Of a stretch of DNA of 64,000 bases, positions 56,145 to 64,000 are shown piece after piece. The first letter of the stretch is position 1. Each line of letters opens with the position of its first letter. Made by a program: the position numbers and the translations under genes. The stretch is from NCBI GenBank assembly GCA_016793045.1, contig JAEUKZ010000028.1, positions 484-64,483 on the forward strand, given 5' to 3'. Below the pieces are notes generated by a model. That model searched no databases and had not been told where the DNA came from. It worked only from the letters and a program-made list of their open reading frames with translations. Source of the stretch: Alphaproteobacteria bacterium. GTDB lineage: Bacteria > Pseudomonadota > Alphaproteobacteria > CACIAM-22H2.

Positions 56145-57938
56145 ATGACCGACTATCGCCCGCCGATCCGCGAGATGCAGTTCGTGCTCCAGCATGTCGT
56201 CGGCCTCGAGCGGCTGGCGGCCCTGCCCGGCGGCGAAGCCGTAGAGACGGACCTGGTCGGACATGTCCTCGAGGAGGCCGGCAAGCTCGCGGCGGACGTG
56301 CTGGCGCCGCTCAACCGGGTCGGCGACCGCGAGCCGGCGCGTCTCGACAACGGCGTCGTCCGCACCCCGCCGGGTTTCCGCGAGGCCTACCGTCACTATG
56401 TCGAGGGCGGCTGGAACAGCGTGCCGTTCCCGCCCGATCACGGCGGCCAGGGTCTGCCCTGGGTGGTCGCAACGGCCGTCCAGGAAATGTGGAACGCGGC
56501 CAATATGGGCTGGGCGCTCGGGCCGATGCTGACCGTCGGGGCGGTCGAGGCCCTGGCTGCGCACGGCACGGCCGAGCAGAAGCGGCTCTACCTGCCCAAG
56601 CTCGTCTCCGGCGAATGGACCGGGACGATGAACCTCACCGAGCCGCAGGCGGGCTCTGACGTCGGGGCGCTGCGCACGCGCGCCGTTCGCGAAGGCGACC
56701 ACTACCGAATCACCGGGCAAAAGATCTTCATCACCTACGGCGACCAGGACTGGACCGACAACATCGTCCACCTCGTCCTCGCGCGGCTGCCCGACGCGCC
56801 GGCCGGATCGCGCGGCATCTCGCTCTTTCTCGTCCCCAAGTTCCTCGTGCGCTCCGACGGGTCGCTGGGCGAGCGCAACGACCTCCGCGTCGTTTCGCTC
56901 GAGCACAAGCTCGGGATCCACGCCTCGCCGACCTGCGTTATGGCCTATGGCGACAACGGCGGCGCGATCGGGACCCTTATCGGAAAGGAGAATGAGGGCC
57001 TCGCCTGCATGTTCACGATGATGAACAACATGCGGCTGGATGTCGGCATCCAGGGCGTCGCGCTGGCCGAACGCGCCTACCAGCATGCGCTCGGCTATGC
57101 CCGGCAGCGCGTGCAGAGCCGCGACCTCGGCAGTCGCAGTGCCGAGCCGGTGGCGATCCTCCGCCACCCGGATGTACGCCGAATGCTGATGACCATGAAG
57201 GCACTGACCGAAGCGACCCGGGCCCTCGCCTACTCCACCTTCGCATCCCTCGATCTTGCCAATCGGCTGCCGCCGGGACCCGAGCAGGCCGCCATGGCCG
57301 CCCGCGCCGACCTGCTGACGCCCGTCGTCAAGGCGTGGTCGACCGATGTCGGCTGCGATGTGGCCTCGCTGGGCGTCCAGATCCACGGCGGTATGGGTTT
57401 CATCGAGGAAACCGGCGCCGCCCAGTACTATCGCGACGTCCGGATCACGCCGATCTACGAAGGCACCAACGGCATCCAGGCCAACGACCTGGTATTCCGC
57501 AAGGTCGGCCGCGACAAGGGCGTGGCCGCCCGCGCCTTCCTCGCTGAAATCCGCGAAATCGCCGTCGATCTGGCCGCGCAGCCAGGCGACGACGCCGCCG
57601 TCGTCGGCCGCGCGCTCGGCGCCGGCCACGACGCCCTCGAAGGGGCGACCGACTGGATCGTCGCCTCGTCGGAGGGCGACCATCGCCACGCCGCTGCCAG
57701 CGCGGCAGCCTATCTGCGCCTGTTCGGGATCGTCGCCGGAGGAGCCATGATGGCGCGGCAGATCTGCGCAGCGCAGCGCGCCCTCGCTGTGCAGGGCAGC
57801 GACTCGGCGTTCCTCGAAACCCGAATCGCCGTCGCGCGCTTCTACGCCGACCATGTGCTGAGCCAAGCGCCCGCACTCGTGCATCCGATCGTGGCCGGCG
57901 CGACGAGCGCACTGGCGCTCGACGACGACCGCTTCTGA
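56145..57938 (+). CDS. Long-type acyl-CoA dehydrogenase (about 597 aa, with C-terminal extension domain)
   Basis: ACAD N, middle and C-domain motifs (YEGTNGIQ); internal ATG with GGAG RBS. Confidence 0.85.
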   Translation: MTDYRPPIREMQFVLQHVVGLERLAALPGGEAVETDLVGHVLEEAGKLAADVLAPLNRVGDREPARLDNGVVRTPPGFREAYRHYVEGGWNSVPFPPDHGGQGLPWVVATAVQEMWNAANMGWALGPMLTVGAVEALAAHGTAEQKRLYLPKLVSGEWTGTMNLTEPQAGSDVGALRTRAVREGDHYRITGQKIFITYGDQDWTDNIVHLVLARLPDAPAGSRGISLFLVPKFLVRSDGSLGERNDLRVVSLEHKLGIHASPTCVMAYGDNGGAIGTLIGKENEGLACMFTMMNNMRLDVGIQGVALAERAYQHALGYARQRVQSRDLGSRSAEPVAILRHPDVRRMLMTMKALTEATRALAYSTFASLDLANRLPPGPEQAAMAARADLLTPVVKAWSTDVGCDVASLGVQIHGGMGFIEETGAAQYYRDVRITPIYEGTNGIQANDLVFRKVGRDKGVAARAFLAEIREIAVDLAAQPGDDAAVVGRALGAGHDALEGATDWIVASSEGDHRHAAASAAAYLRLFGIVAGGAMMARQICAAQRALAVQGSDSAFLETRIAVARFYADHVLSQAPALVHPIVAGATSALALDDDRF

Positions 57939-58104
57939 CGCGGACTTCCGCGCACGCTCGATGAGCGCGGTGTGTTTTCCATGCCGCGTTTACCGAAAAT
58001 TTCGACTTTTGACCCTTTTTTCTCTTGCAACAGAGGTCGATTGGTCCCAAATAGCGAAACTCGCGTTTTACGCGGGATGCTCCAACCTGGGGGTGACTCG
58101 AGAG

Positions 58105-58647
58105 ATGACCAACAAGGCGGCGGCGATGAAGCCGATGGTGAAACTGGGTGTCGTGTCGGGTGGCCGTCGCAATGACGGCGCGGCGACGAAACCGGTAAAG
58201 GCAGCAGCTAAGGTTGCTCCCGTCGTCGAACCGCTTCCGCTTGTCGCGGATGCGATGGACGTCCAGACGGTCGCGAAGGATTACTTCGTCGAGCGCAACG
58301 GCGTGAAGTTCGCCGGGACCCATCTGTTGGTCGAGCTCTGGGGCGCGTCGAATCTCGGCGATCTGGCGGTAACCGACCAGATGCTGCGCGACGCCACCGA
58401 AGCGGCCGGCGCCACCCTGCTTCATATCCACCTCCACCATTTCGGCCCGAATGCCGGGCTGTCTGGCGTGGCGGTGCTCGCCGAATCGCATATCTCGATC
58501 CACACTTGGCCGGAACGCGGCTATGCGGCGCTGGACATCTTCATGTGCGGTGCCTGCGATCCGTACAAGGCGATCCCGATCCTGCGCCAGGCCTTCCAGC
58601 CGGTGACGGTCCAGCTTTCCGAGCAGAAGCGCGGAATTTTCGCGTGA
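58105..58647 (+). CDS. speD: S-adenosylmethionine decarboxylase proenzyme (SpeH/SpeD class 1) with N-terminal extension
   Basis: Self-processing motif ESHISIHTWPE; start ambiguous (58105 or 58255). Confidence 0.75.
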   Translation: MTNKAAAMKPMVKLGVVSGGRRNDGAATKPVKAAAKVAPVVEPLPLVADAMDVQTVAKDYFVERNGVKFAGTHLLVELWGASNLGDLAVTDQMLRDATEAAGATLLHIHLHHFGPNAGLSGVAVLAESHISIHTWPERGYAALDIFMCGACDPYKAIPILRQAFQPVTVQLSEQKRGIFA

Positions 58648-59492
58648 GCGAGGGCTGGTTCGAGGAGAAGCTTTTTCCTCACGTCCGTCAAAGCTTCGAG
58701 ATCAGCCGGATCATCTATCGCGAGCGCACGGAGCACCAGGATCTGGTGATCTTCGAGACGCCGACCTATGGCCGCGTGCTCGCGCTGGACGACATCATCC
58801 AGGTGACCGAGAAGGATGAGTTCGTCTACCACGAGATGATGACGCATGTGCCGATCCTGGCCCATGGCCGGGCACGCCGTGTCCTCATCATCGGCGGTGG
58901 CGACGGCGGCATCTTGCGCGAGGCGCTCAAACACGACGTCGAGCGCGTCACCATGGTCGAGATCGACCGCGGCGTCGTCGATATGTGCCTGAAGTACATG
59001 CCGTCGATCCCCGCCAAGGCCTTCCGCGACAAGCGGACCGATCTGGTCATCACCGACGGCGCCAAGTACGTCGCCGAGACCGCGGACCGGTTCGACGTCA
59101 TCATCGTCGACTCGACCGACCCGATGGGGCCGGGCGAAGTTCTGTTCACCGAGGCGTTCTACAAGAACTGCCGGCGCTGCCTGAACGCGGGCGGAATCCT
59201 GGTCAACCAGAACGGCGTGCCGTTCATGCAGCCGAGCGAAATTCCGATGACCTGGAAGCGTCGGCGCAAGTTCTTCAAGGACACTGGCTTCTACGTCGCC
59301 GCGGTGCCGAGCTACTACGGCGGCTTCATGACGCTCGGCTGGGCGGCGCTCGACCCGAAGTCGCGCGCGGTCTCCCCCGCCGTGCTCGAACGGCGTTTTC
59401 ACGCTCTGCGGCTCAAGACGAAGTACTATTCGCCGGCAATCCATCGCGCGGCGTTCGCTTTGCCGCGCTTCGTCGACGGCCTGATGCGCTGA
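58644..59492 (+). CDS. speE: Spermidine synthase (polyamine aminopropyltransferase)
   Basis: GGGDGG motif, DSTDP; GTG start overlapping speD stop (GTGA). Confidence 0.85.
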   Translation: MSEGWFEEKLFPHVRQSFEISRIIYRERTEHQDLVIFETPTYGRVLALDDIIQVTEKDEFVYHEMMTHVPILAHGRARRVLIIGGGDGGILREALKHDVERVTMVEIDRGVVDMCLKYMPSIPAKAFRDKRTDLVITDGAKYVAETADRFDVIIVDSTDPMGPGEVLFTEAFYKNCRRCLNAGGILVNQNGVPFMQPSEIPMTWKRRRKFFKDTGFYVAAVPSYYGGFMTLGWAALDPKSRAVSPAVLERRFHALRLKTKYYSPAIHRAAFALPRFVDGLMR

Positions 59493-59500
59493 GCCAGCGC

Positions 59501-59519
59501 CCCGGCCGGCCGGCCGGGA
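59501..59519. terminator. GC-only palindrome (ccggccggccggccgg core) between convergent speE and a minus-strand small ORF
   Basis: Seen directly; approximate coordinates. Confidence 0.3.
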
Positions 59520-59587
59520 CGTTCAACGCGCCCGCAAGTCTCAGGAACAGCTCGCGCGCCCGCGTGGCCGGCGCCGGCGATCTCGGC

Positions 59588-59932
59588 TTAGCCGCCCGTC
59601 GGCGGAGCCATCAGGACGACCATGTCCGGCGGAAAATACAGCGTGATCCCGTTGTCGAAGGCGTAATAGCGATACCCCGAAACGTCCTCGCCGGCCGCGG
59701 TCACGTGCGACGAAATCGTGCCCGACGACGTCATGGCCGCCGAGCCCCCCGGATCGATGCCGACGGCAGGAACGCCGAAGCTCTGCATCGCGACCTCGCC
59801 ACCCGCATCGGGCACGAGGTCCTGAAGCGTCAGGACCATGATCGGCTCCGCCGCGGAGGCCGCAATATTCGTAAATTGCCCTTCTTCGGGTAGCGCCACG
59901 GCGTTCTCTCCACACGGCTCGGTCAACACCAA
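59588..59932 (-). CDS. Questionable small ORF (114 aa, TTG start) in the AT-richer spacer upstream of the RHH/PAS gene
   Basis: No recognisable family, weak start context. Confidence 0.2.
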   Translation of the reverse strand: MVLTEPCGENAVALPEEGQFTNIAASAAEPIMVLTLQDLVPDAGGEVAMQSFGVPAVGIDPGGSAAMTSSGTISSHVTAAGEDVSGYRYYAFDNGITLYFPPDMVVLMAPPTGG

Positions 59933-60001
59933 TACAATTTGCCTAGATTCCTTTCAATACGGTTTAAACCGGCACGGCGGCCGAAACTCACATCGGGATA
60001 C

Positions 60002-60664
60002 TTATAGCCGGCGGTTTTCGATCAACATGACCAGGCAGGAATGGGTTCCAGCCGACTGCCGCTGCACCGGGACGAGCCGGCATGGCGCCGCGGCGACCCG
60101 GCCCGGGCTCACATACATGATATGCCCAAGCGCCATGCCGAGTTTGCGGTCTGAGAAGGCCTTGCGGATCTGCTCAAACGGCTGCTGCGTCCGTAATTTC
60201 ATGAAGAAATCGAATGGCTTGCCGGGCAATTGCGGATGTCCCGGTCCAAACCAGCGCCCGAACCCACTGTTAAAGTGCGATATTTCTCCGTTCGCGCCGA
60301 TCACGAGCGCCGGGATCGGCAGCGCCTCGACGAGCACACCGATATCAGTATCTCCGCTGGTTCGGCTGGCTTCCTGAAGTTGCGCCTGAAGCTGGTCGCC
60401 ACGCCGCGCGGCAGAGTCGAGGCAGAACAGGCGAAGCCGCGAGGCGAGGTTGCTGCCTTCCGGCGCGTCCTTCGCAACGCTGGCAACGAGCCGGCCAAGC
60501 CGGATGCCTTCGTCCCGCGCCGCGCGTTCGAGCGCCGCCCAGAATTCGGGCTCCAGTCGGAGCGAGTAACGCCGTCCGTCGGACTGGACGATGCGCTGCT
60601 GCGGCGCTCCAGGCGGCGCCGGCTCTTCGGCCGACGCGACAAGCGCAGGTTCCCCCATCCCCAT
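60002..60664 (-). CDS. RHH_4-like ribbon-helix-helix N-domain fused to PAS-like C-domain (220 aa)
   Basis: C-terminal part of 664-aa track ORF; RHH_4-like segment RRYSLRLEPEFWAALERAARDEGIRLGRLVASV...NLASRLRLF; upstream portion overlaps dinB and is judged artefact. Confidence 0.5.
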   Translation of the reverse strand: MGMGEPALVASAEEPAPPGAPQQRIVQSDGRRYSLRLEPEFWAALERAARDEGIRLGRLVASVAKDAPEGSNLASRLRLFCLDSAARRGDQLQAQLQEASRTSGDTDIGVLVEALPIPALVIGANGEISHFNSGFGRWFGPGHPQLPGKPFDFFMKLRTQQPFEQIRKAFSDRKLGMALGHIMYVSPGRVAAAPCRLVPVQRQSAGTHSCLVMLIENRRL

Positions 60665-60717
60665 AGCCTCTTCGACACACAACCCGGTGTGCATCGGACC
60701 ATATTGCCCGCGAATCG

Positions 60718-62067
60718 TTAACGCAAGGTTTTCGCCCGGCGAATGCTGCCCGGTCGGAATCCGCGCCCGCGGGTGATCGCGCCGTCGCCGAACTTGGCGC
60801 GGACGGCGTCGATCGCCTGCTCGATTGCGCGCGATTCCGTCGCCTGGGAGAACAGGTCGGGCGTGTCGGCCGTGGTCGCGTCGGAAAGATCGGCGAGCCC
60901 GACGCCGACCAGGCGGAAGCGCCCGGTGCCAACCGCGCCGGCGAGCAGCGCATGGGCGGTCTCCCAGATCCGCTCCGCGAGCTGCGTCGGCTCGGCGAGC
61001 GTGCGCCGGCGGGTCAGCAGGCGGAAATCGGCGCGGCGTAGCTTGAGGACGACGCTGCGCCCGGCGAGCCCCGCCTTCTTCAGCCGCCGCGACACGGTCT
61101 CGCAAAGCGGCCACAGCTCGGCAGCGATCGGCTCGACGCCTTCGAGGTCGCGCGCGAAGGTCGTCTCGGCCGAGATGCCGCGCGCGTCGTGGTCGGGCTC
61201 GACCGTCCGCCCGTCGCGCCCAAAGGCACGCTCGGCGAGCCAGGCCCCCATCGTCCCGTAGCGCGCCCGCAGCGCCTCGGGACCGAGCGCCTGGAGATCG
61301 CCGATCCGCCGGATGCCGTCGGCGGCGAGGCGCATGTCGAGCTTGGGGCCGACGCCGGGGATCGCGCGCACCGGCCGCGGCCCCAGCAGCGCCGTCGCCT
61401 CCGCCCGCCCGATCACCCCGAAGCCGCGCGGCTTGTCCATCTCCGAGGCGAGCTTGGCGAGAAACTTGCTCCACGACAGGCCGATCGACACGGTAATACC
61501 GACGTGACGCTCGACGTCGCGGGCCACCCCGGCGAGAACCGCTGCGGCGCTGCGCCCGTGCACGGCCTGGGTGCCCGACAGGTCGAGATAAGCCTCGTCG
61601 AGCGACACCGGCTCGACCAGCGGCGTAGCCGCCGCGAAGATCGCCCGCACCTGCCGGCTCGCCGCCGCGTATTTCGCCATGTCGGGGCGGATCACCACCG
61701 CCTGCGGGCACGCCTTGAGCGCCTTGAACATCGGCATCGCCGAGTGGACGCCAAAACGGCGCGCGATGTAGCAGGCGGTGCTGACGACGCCGCGCGTGCC
61801 GCCGCCGACGATCACCGGCCTGTCGGCGAGCGCGGGGTCGTCGCGCTTCTCGATGCTGGCGTAGAAGGCGTCGCAGTCGATATGGGCGAGCGTGAGGTCG
61901 GCGATCTCCGGATGGCGCAGCAGCCGCGCCGAGCCGCAGCGCGGACAGCGGTCGACCTCCGCGCCGGCCTCGATCGGCGCGAGACAATCCCGGCACAGCC
62001 CCGGCGGCGGCCCGCCGTCGTGTTCGCCGCTCACCGGTCCGCTTGCCCTTGAGCGGGGGTCAGCCAT
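60718..62067 (-). CDS. dinB: DNA polymerase IV (DinB) with N-terminal C4 zinc-ribbon-like extension
   Basis: Y-family core (DCDAFYASIE, SLDEAYLD); N-terminal CxxC-x13-CxxC. Confidence 0.85.
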   Translation of the reverse strand: MADPRSRASGPVSGEHDGGPPPGLCRDCLAPIEAGAEVDRCPRCGSARLLRHPEIADLTLAHIDCDAFYASIEKRDDPALADRPVIVGGGTRGVVSTACYIARRFGVHSAMPMFKALKACPQAVVIRPDMAKYAAASRQVRAIFAAATPLVEPVSLDEAYLDLSGTQAVHGRSAAAVLAGVARDVERHVGITVSIGLSWSKFLAKLASEMDKPRGFGVIGRAEATALLGPRPVRAIPGVGPKLDMRLAADGIRRIGDLQALGPEALRARYGTMGAWLAERAFGRDGRTVEPDHDARGISAETTFARDLEGVEPIAAELWPLCETVSRRLKKAGLAGRSVVLKLRRADFRLLTRRRTLAEPTQLAERIWETAHALLAGAVGTGRFRLVGVGLADLSDATTADTPDLFSQATESRAIEQAIDAVRAKFGDGAITRGRGFRPGSIRRAKTLR

Positions 62068-62111
62068 CGCGTAACGTCGCGCGAGCAACCTGGAGTCGCG
62101 GGGAAAAATCC

Positions 62112-63086
62112 ATGGAAGCCTTCGGCGCGCTCGTCATCGCCATCTTCGTGATCTTGCTCCTCCTCATCCTGATGGGTGTCAAGACCGTCCCGCAGGGGTC
62201 GGAATGGACGGTAGAGCGCCTTGGCCGCTACACCAAGACGCTGTCGCCCGGACTCAATCTGATCGTGCCGTTCATCGACCGCATCGGCGCCAAGCTGTCG
62301 ATGCAGGAGACGGTGCTCGACATCCCGAGCCAGGAAGTGATCACCAAGGACAACGCCACCGTCACCGCCGACGGCGTGGTGTTCTTCCAGGTCTTCGACG
62401 CCGCCAAGGCAGCCTACGAAGTGCAGAACATGCACATCGCGCTGGTCAACCTGGCGATGACCAACATCAGAAACGTCATCGGCTCGATGGACCTCGACGA
62501 GGTGCTGTCCAACCGCGACCAGATCAACGCCCGCCTGCTCTCGGTGATCGACCAGGCGACGGGGCCCTGGGGCCTCAAGGTCACCCGCATCGAGCTGCGC
62601 AACATCCAGCCGCCGGCCAACCTGCTCGAGGCGATGGCCAAGCAGATGACCGCCGAACGGAACAAGCGCGCCGACATCCTCAACGCCGAGGGCGACAAGC
62701 AGGCCGCGATCCTGCGCGCCGAGGGCTCGAAGCAGTCGGCGATCCTCGAAGCCGAGGGCAAGCGCGAGGCCGCGTTCCGCGAGGCCGAGGCGCGCGAACG
62801 CCTCGCCCAGGCCGAAGCCAAGGCGACCCAGATGGTGTCCGAGGCGATCGCGGGCGGCAACGTCTCGGCGATCAACTACTTCGTCGCGCAGAAATACGTC
62901 GAGGCGTTCGGCAAGCTGGCCGAGAGCAGCAACCAGAAGCTCATCCTCATGCCGATGGAGACGGCCGGCGTGCTCGGCTCGCTCGCCGGCATCGCCGAGC
63001 TCGCCAAGGACGCCGTCCAGGCCCGTACCGCCGCCGGCGGCACCGGGCCGCAGACGCCGTCGCCGTGGTCCGGCCAGCCGCGCTGA
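62112..63086 (+). CDS. SPFH/band-7 (stomatin-like) membrane protein
   Basis: N-terminal TM helix plus SPFH domain and coiled-coil Ala/Glu-rich C-region; internal ATG. Confidence 0.85.
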   Translation: MEAFGALVIAIFVILLLLILMGVKTVPQGSEWTVERLGRYTKTLSPGLNLIVPFIDRIGAKLSMQETVLDIPSQEVITKDNATVTADGVVFFQVFDAAKAAYEVQNMHIALVNLAMTNIRNVIGSMDLDEVLSNRDQINARLLSVIDQATGPWGLKVTRIELRNIQPPANLLEAMAKQMTAERNKRADILNAEGDKQAAILRAEGSKQSAILEAEGKREAAFREAEARERLAQAEAKATQMVSEAIAGGNVSAINYFVAQKYVEAFGKLAESSNQKLILMPMETAGVLGSLAGIAELAKDAVQARTAAGGTGPQTPSPWSGQPR

Positions 63087-63113
63087 CCGCCCGCACACGA
63101 GGGGCCCACCGTC

Positions 63114-63563
63114 ATGGACATGTCCCAGTGGCTGGATTGGTACTGGTTCGTCATCGGAACCGTGCTGATCGTTCTCGAGGTCTTCGTCTTCGGCGCGGTG
63201 CTGCTGTGGCTCGGCATCGCGGCGATCCTGATGGGCGTCATCACGATCTACTGGCCGGGCATCCCGTGGCAGACCCAGCTCTGGGTCTACATGGTGATCG
63301 CGGCGATCACGCTCGCGCTCGGGCTGTGGATGCGCAAGAAGTTCATGGGCAAGCCGCGCGAGCAGCTCGTCAACGTGCGCATGCACAAGTTCGCGGGCGA
63401 ACGCGGCATCCTCGACACCCCGATCGTCGCCGGACGCGGCTCGATGAAGATGGGCGACACGGTTTGGCCGGTGAAGGGCCCCGACATGCCCGCGGGCACC
63501 GTCGTCGTGGTGACCGGTTTCGACGGCACCAACCTGACGATCGCCAAGCTTGAGCATCGCTGA
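63114..63563 (+). CDS. NfeD-family membrane protein (stomatin operon partner)
   Basis: Two TM helices plus C-terminal OB-fold-like region; classic SPFH-NfeD pair. Confidence 0.8.
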   Translation: MDMSQWLDWYWFVIGTVLIVLEVFVFGAVLLWLGIAAILMGVITIYWPGIPWQTQLWVYMVIAAITLALGLWMRKKFMGKPREQLVNVRMHKFAGERGILDTPIVAGRGSMKMGDTVWPVKGPDMPAGTVVVVTGFDGTNLTIAKLEHR

Positions 63564-63587
63564 CGCGGCGCCCGCGCGGCGGGCGCG

Positions 63588-64000
63588 ATGACCGCGCCGC
63601 TGCGACCGCCGCGCGGCTTCGCCGCGGTCGCCCTCGCCGTCGCGCTTGGGACCGCGGGCGGCGCGCTCTTCCAACTCCTGCAGCTGCCGCTGCCGTGGAT
63701 GCTCGGCTCGCTCACCGTCGTGACGCTCGCGGCGATGCTCGGCATGCGCATGCATCTGCCTTCGGTCGTGCGCGACGGCGCGGTGCCGATCATCGGCCTG
63801 ATGCTCGGCGCCGCCTTCACGCCCGAGGTCATCGCGCGCATGGCCGAATGGTGGCTGACGATGTCGGCGATGGTCGTGTGGGCGGTCGCCGGCACGGCGC
63901 TCGCGTACAGCTATTTCCGCTTGTTCACCGGCTACGACCGCGTCACCGCGTTCTTCAGCGCGACCCCCGGCGGCCTCAACGACATGATGCTGCTCGGCCG
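63588..64000 (+). CDS. AbrB-duplication-family membrane protein, N-terminal part (3' end outside window)
   Basis: Hand-translated: MTAPLRPPRGFAAVALAVALGTAGGALFQLLQLPLPWMLGSL...; not in ORF track because no stop lies within the window. Confidence 0.55.
   Translation, partial: MTAPLRPPRGFAAVALAVALGTAGGALFQLLQLPLPWMLGSLTVVTLAAMLGMRMHLPSVVRDGAVPIIGLMLGAAFTPEVIARMAEWWLTMSAMVVWAVAGTALAYSYFRLFTGYDRVTAFFSATPGGLNDMMLLG

Noticed and set aside
60665-61996. Upstream part of the 664-aa minus-strand ORF 60002-61996
   Set aside because: It overlaps dinB in another frame. Only the last 220 codons (RHH/PAS protein) have protein-like composition and an in-frame ATG after the dinB stop.
62068-62111. Alphaproteobacterial LexA box (GTTC-N7-GTTC) in the divergent dinB/SPFH spacer and upstream of the SRAP gene
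   Set aside because: No GTTC/GAAC direct-repeat pair with 7-nt spacing found by eye in either region.
1-64000. tRNA, rRNA, CRISPR arrays, IS elements, integrases, phage genes
   Set aside because: No T-loop-like GTTCGAATC-type motifs in intergenic gaps, no repeat-spacer arrays, no transposase or integrase-like ORFs; intergenic space is small throughout.

Overview
This 64 kb window is a gene-dense, high-GC (~67-68% by eye) chromosomal segment. Gene order fits an alphaproteobacterium, probably Sphingomonadales (inference only). I recognised about 65 protein-coding genes and no rRNA, tRNA, CRISPR array, transposase, integrase or phage genes. Core housekeeping blocks: lptG(partial)-surA-pdxA-rsmA; gmk-yicC; mltG-fabF-acpP-fabG-fabD divergent from rpsF-rpsR-(DUF2232-like membrane protein)-rplI; cfa; dnaB-alr; mlaE-mlaF; radA-cvpA-purF; der-bamB-yfgM-like; cysQ; sua5/tsaC; speD-speE; dinB; SPFH-NfeD. 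Accessory-looking or poorly characterised parts: (1) an FbpA/AfuA-type ABC transporter with two tandem-paralogous periplasmic binding proteins flanking one fused permease, embedded between an inositol-monophosphatase-family gene and iolE/idhA(iolG)/SDR/GNAT genes; (2) a five-gene minus-strand operon encoding a P5C-dehydrogenase-like ALDH, CoA-transferase A and B subunits, a family III CoA-transferase and a DUF4169-like mini-protein; (3) an orphan form-II CoxL-like molybdoenzyme large subunit next to an SRAP/YedK peptidase; (4) an orphan ParA-like ATPase; (5) an alpha/beta hydrolase whose nucleophile Ser appears replaced by Gly; (6) several hypothetical secreted proteins or lipoproteins that are translationally coupled or divergently paired with enzymes; (7) an RHH_4-like/PAS-like fusion beside a dinB with an N-terminal zinc-ribbon extension. 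I did not recognise a canonical defence system or mobile element. The features most likely to be novel are flagged under findings, with uncertainty stated. CDS coordinates come from the supplied ORF track plus internal start-codon arithmetic. Coordinates of non-coding motifs were read by eye and may be off by 1-2 nt.
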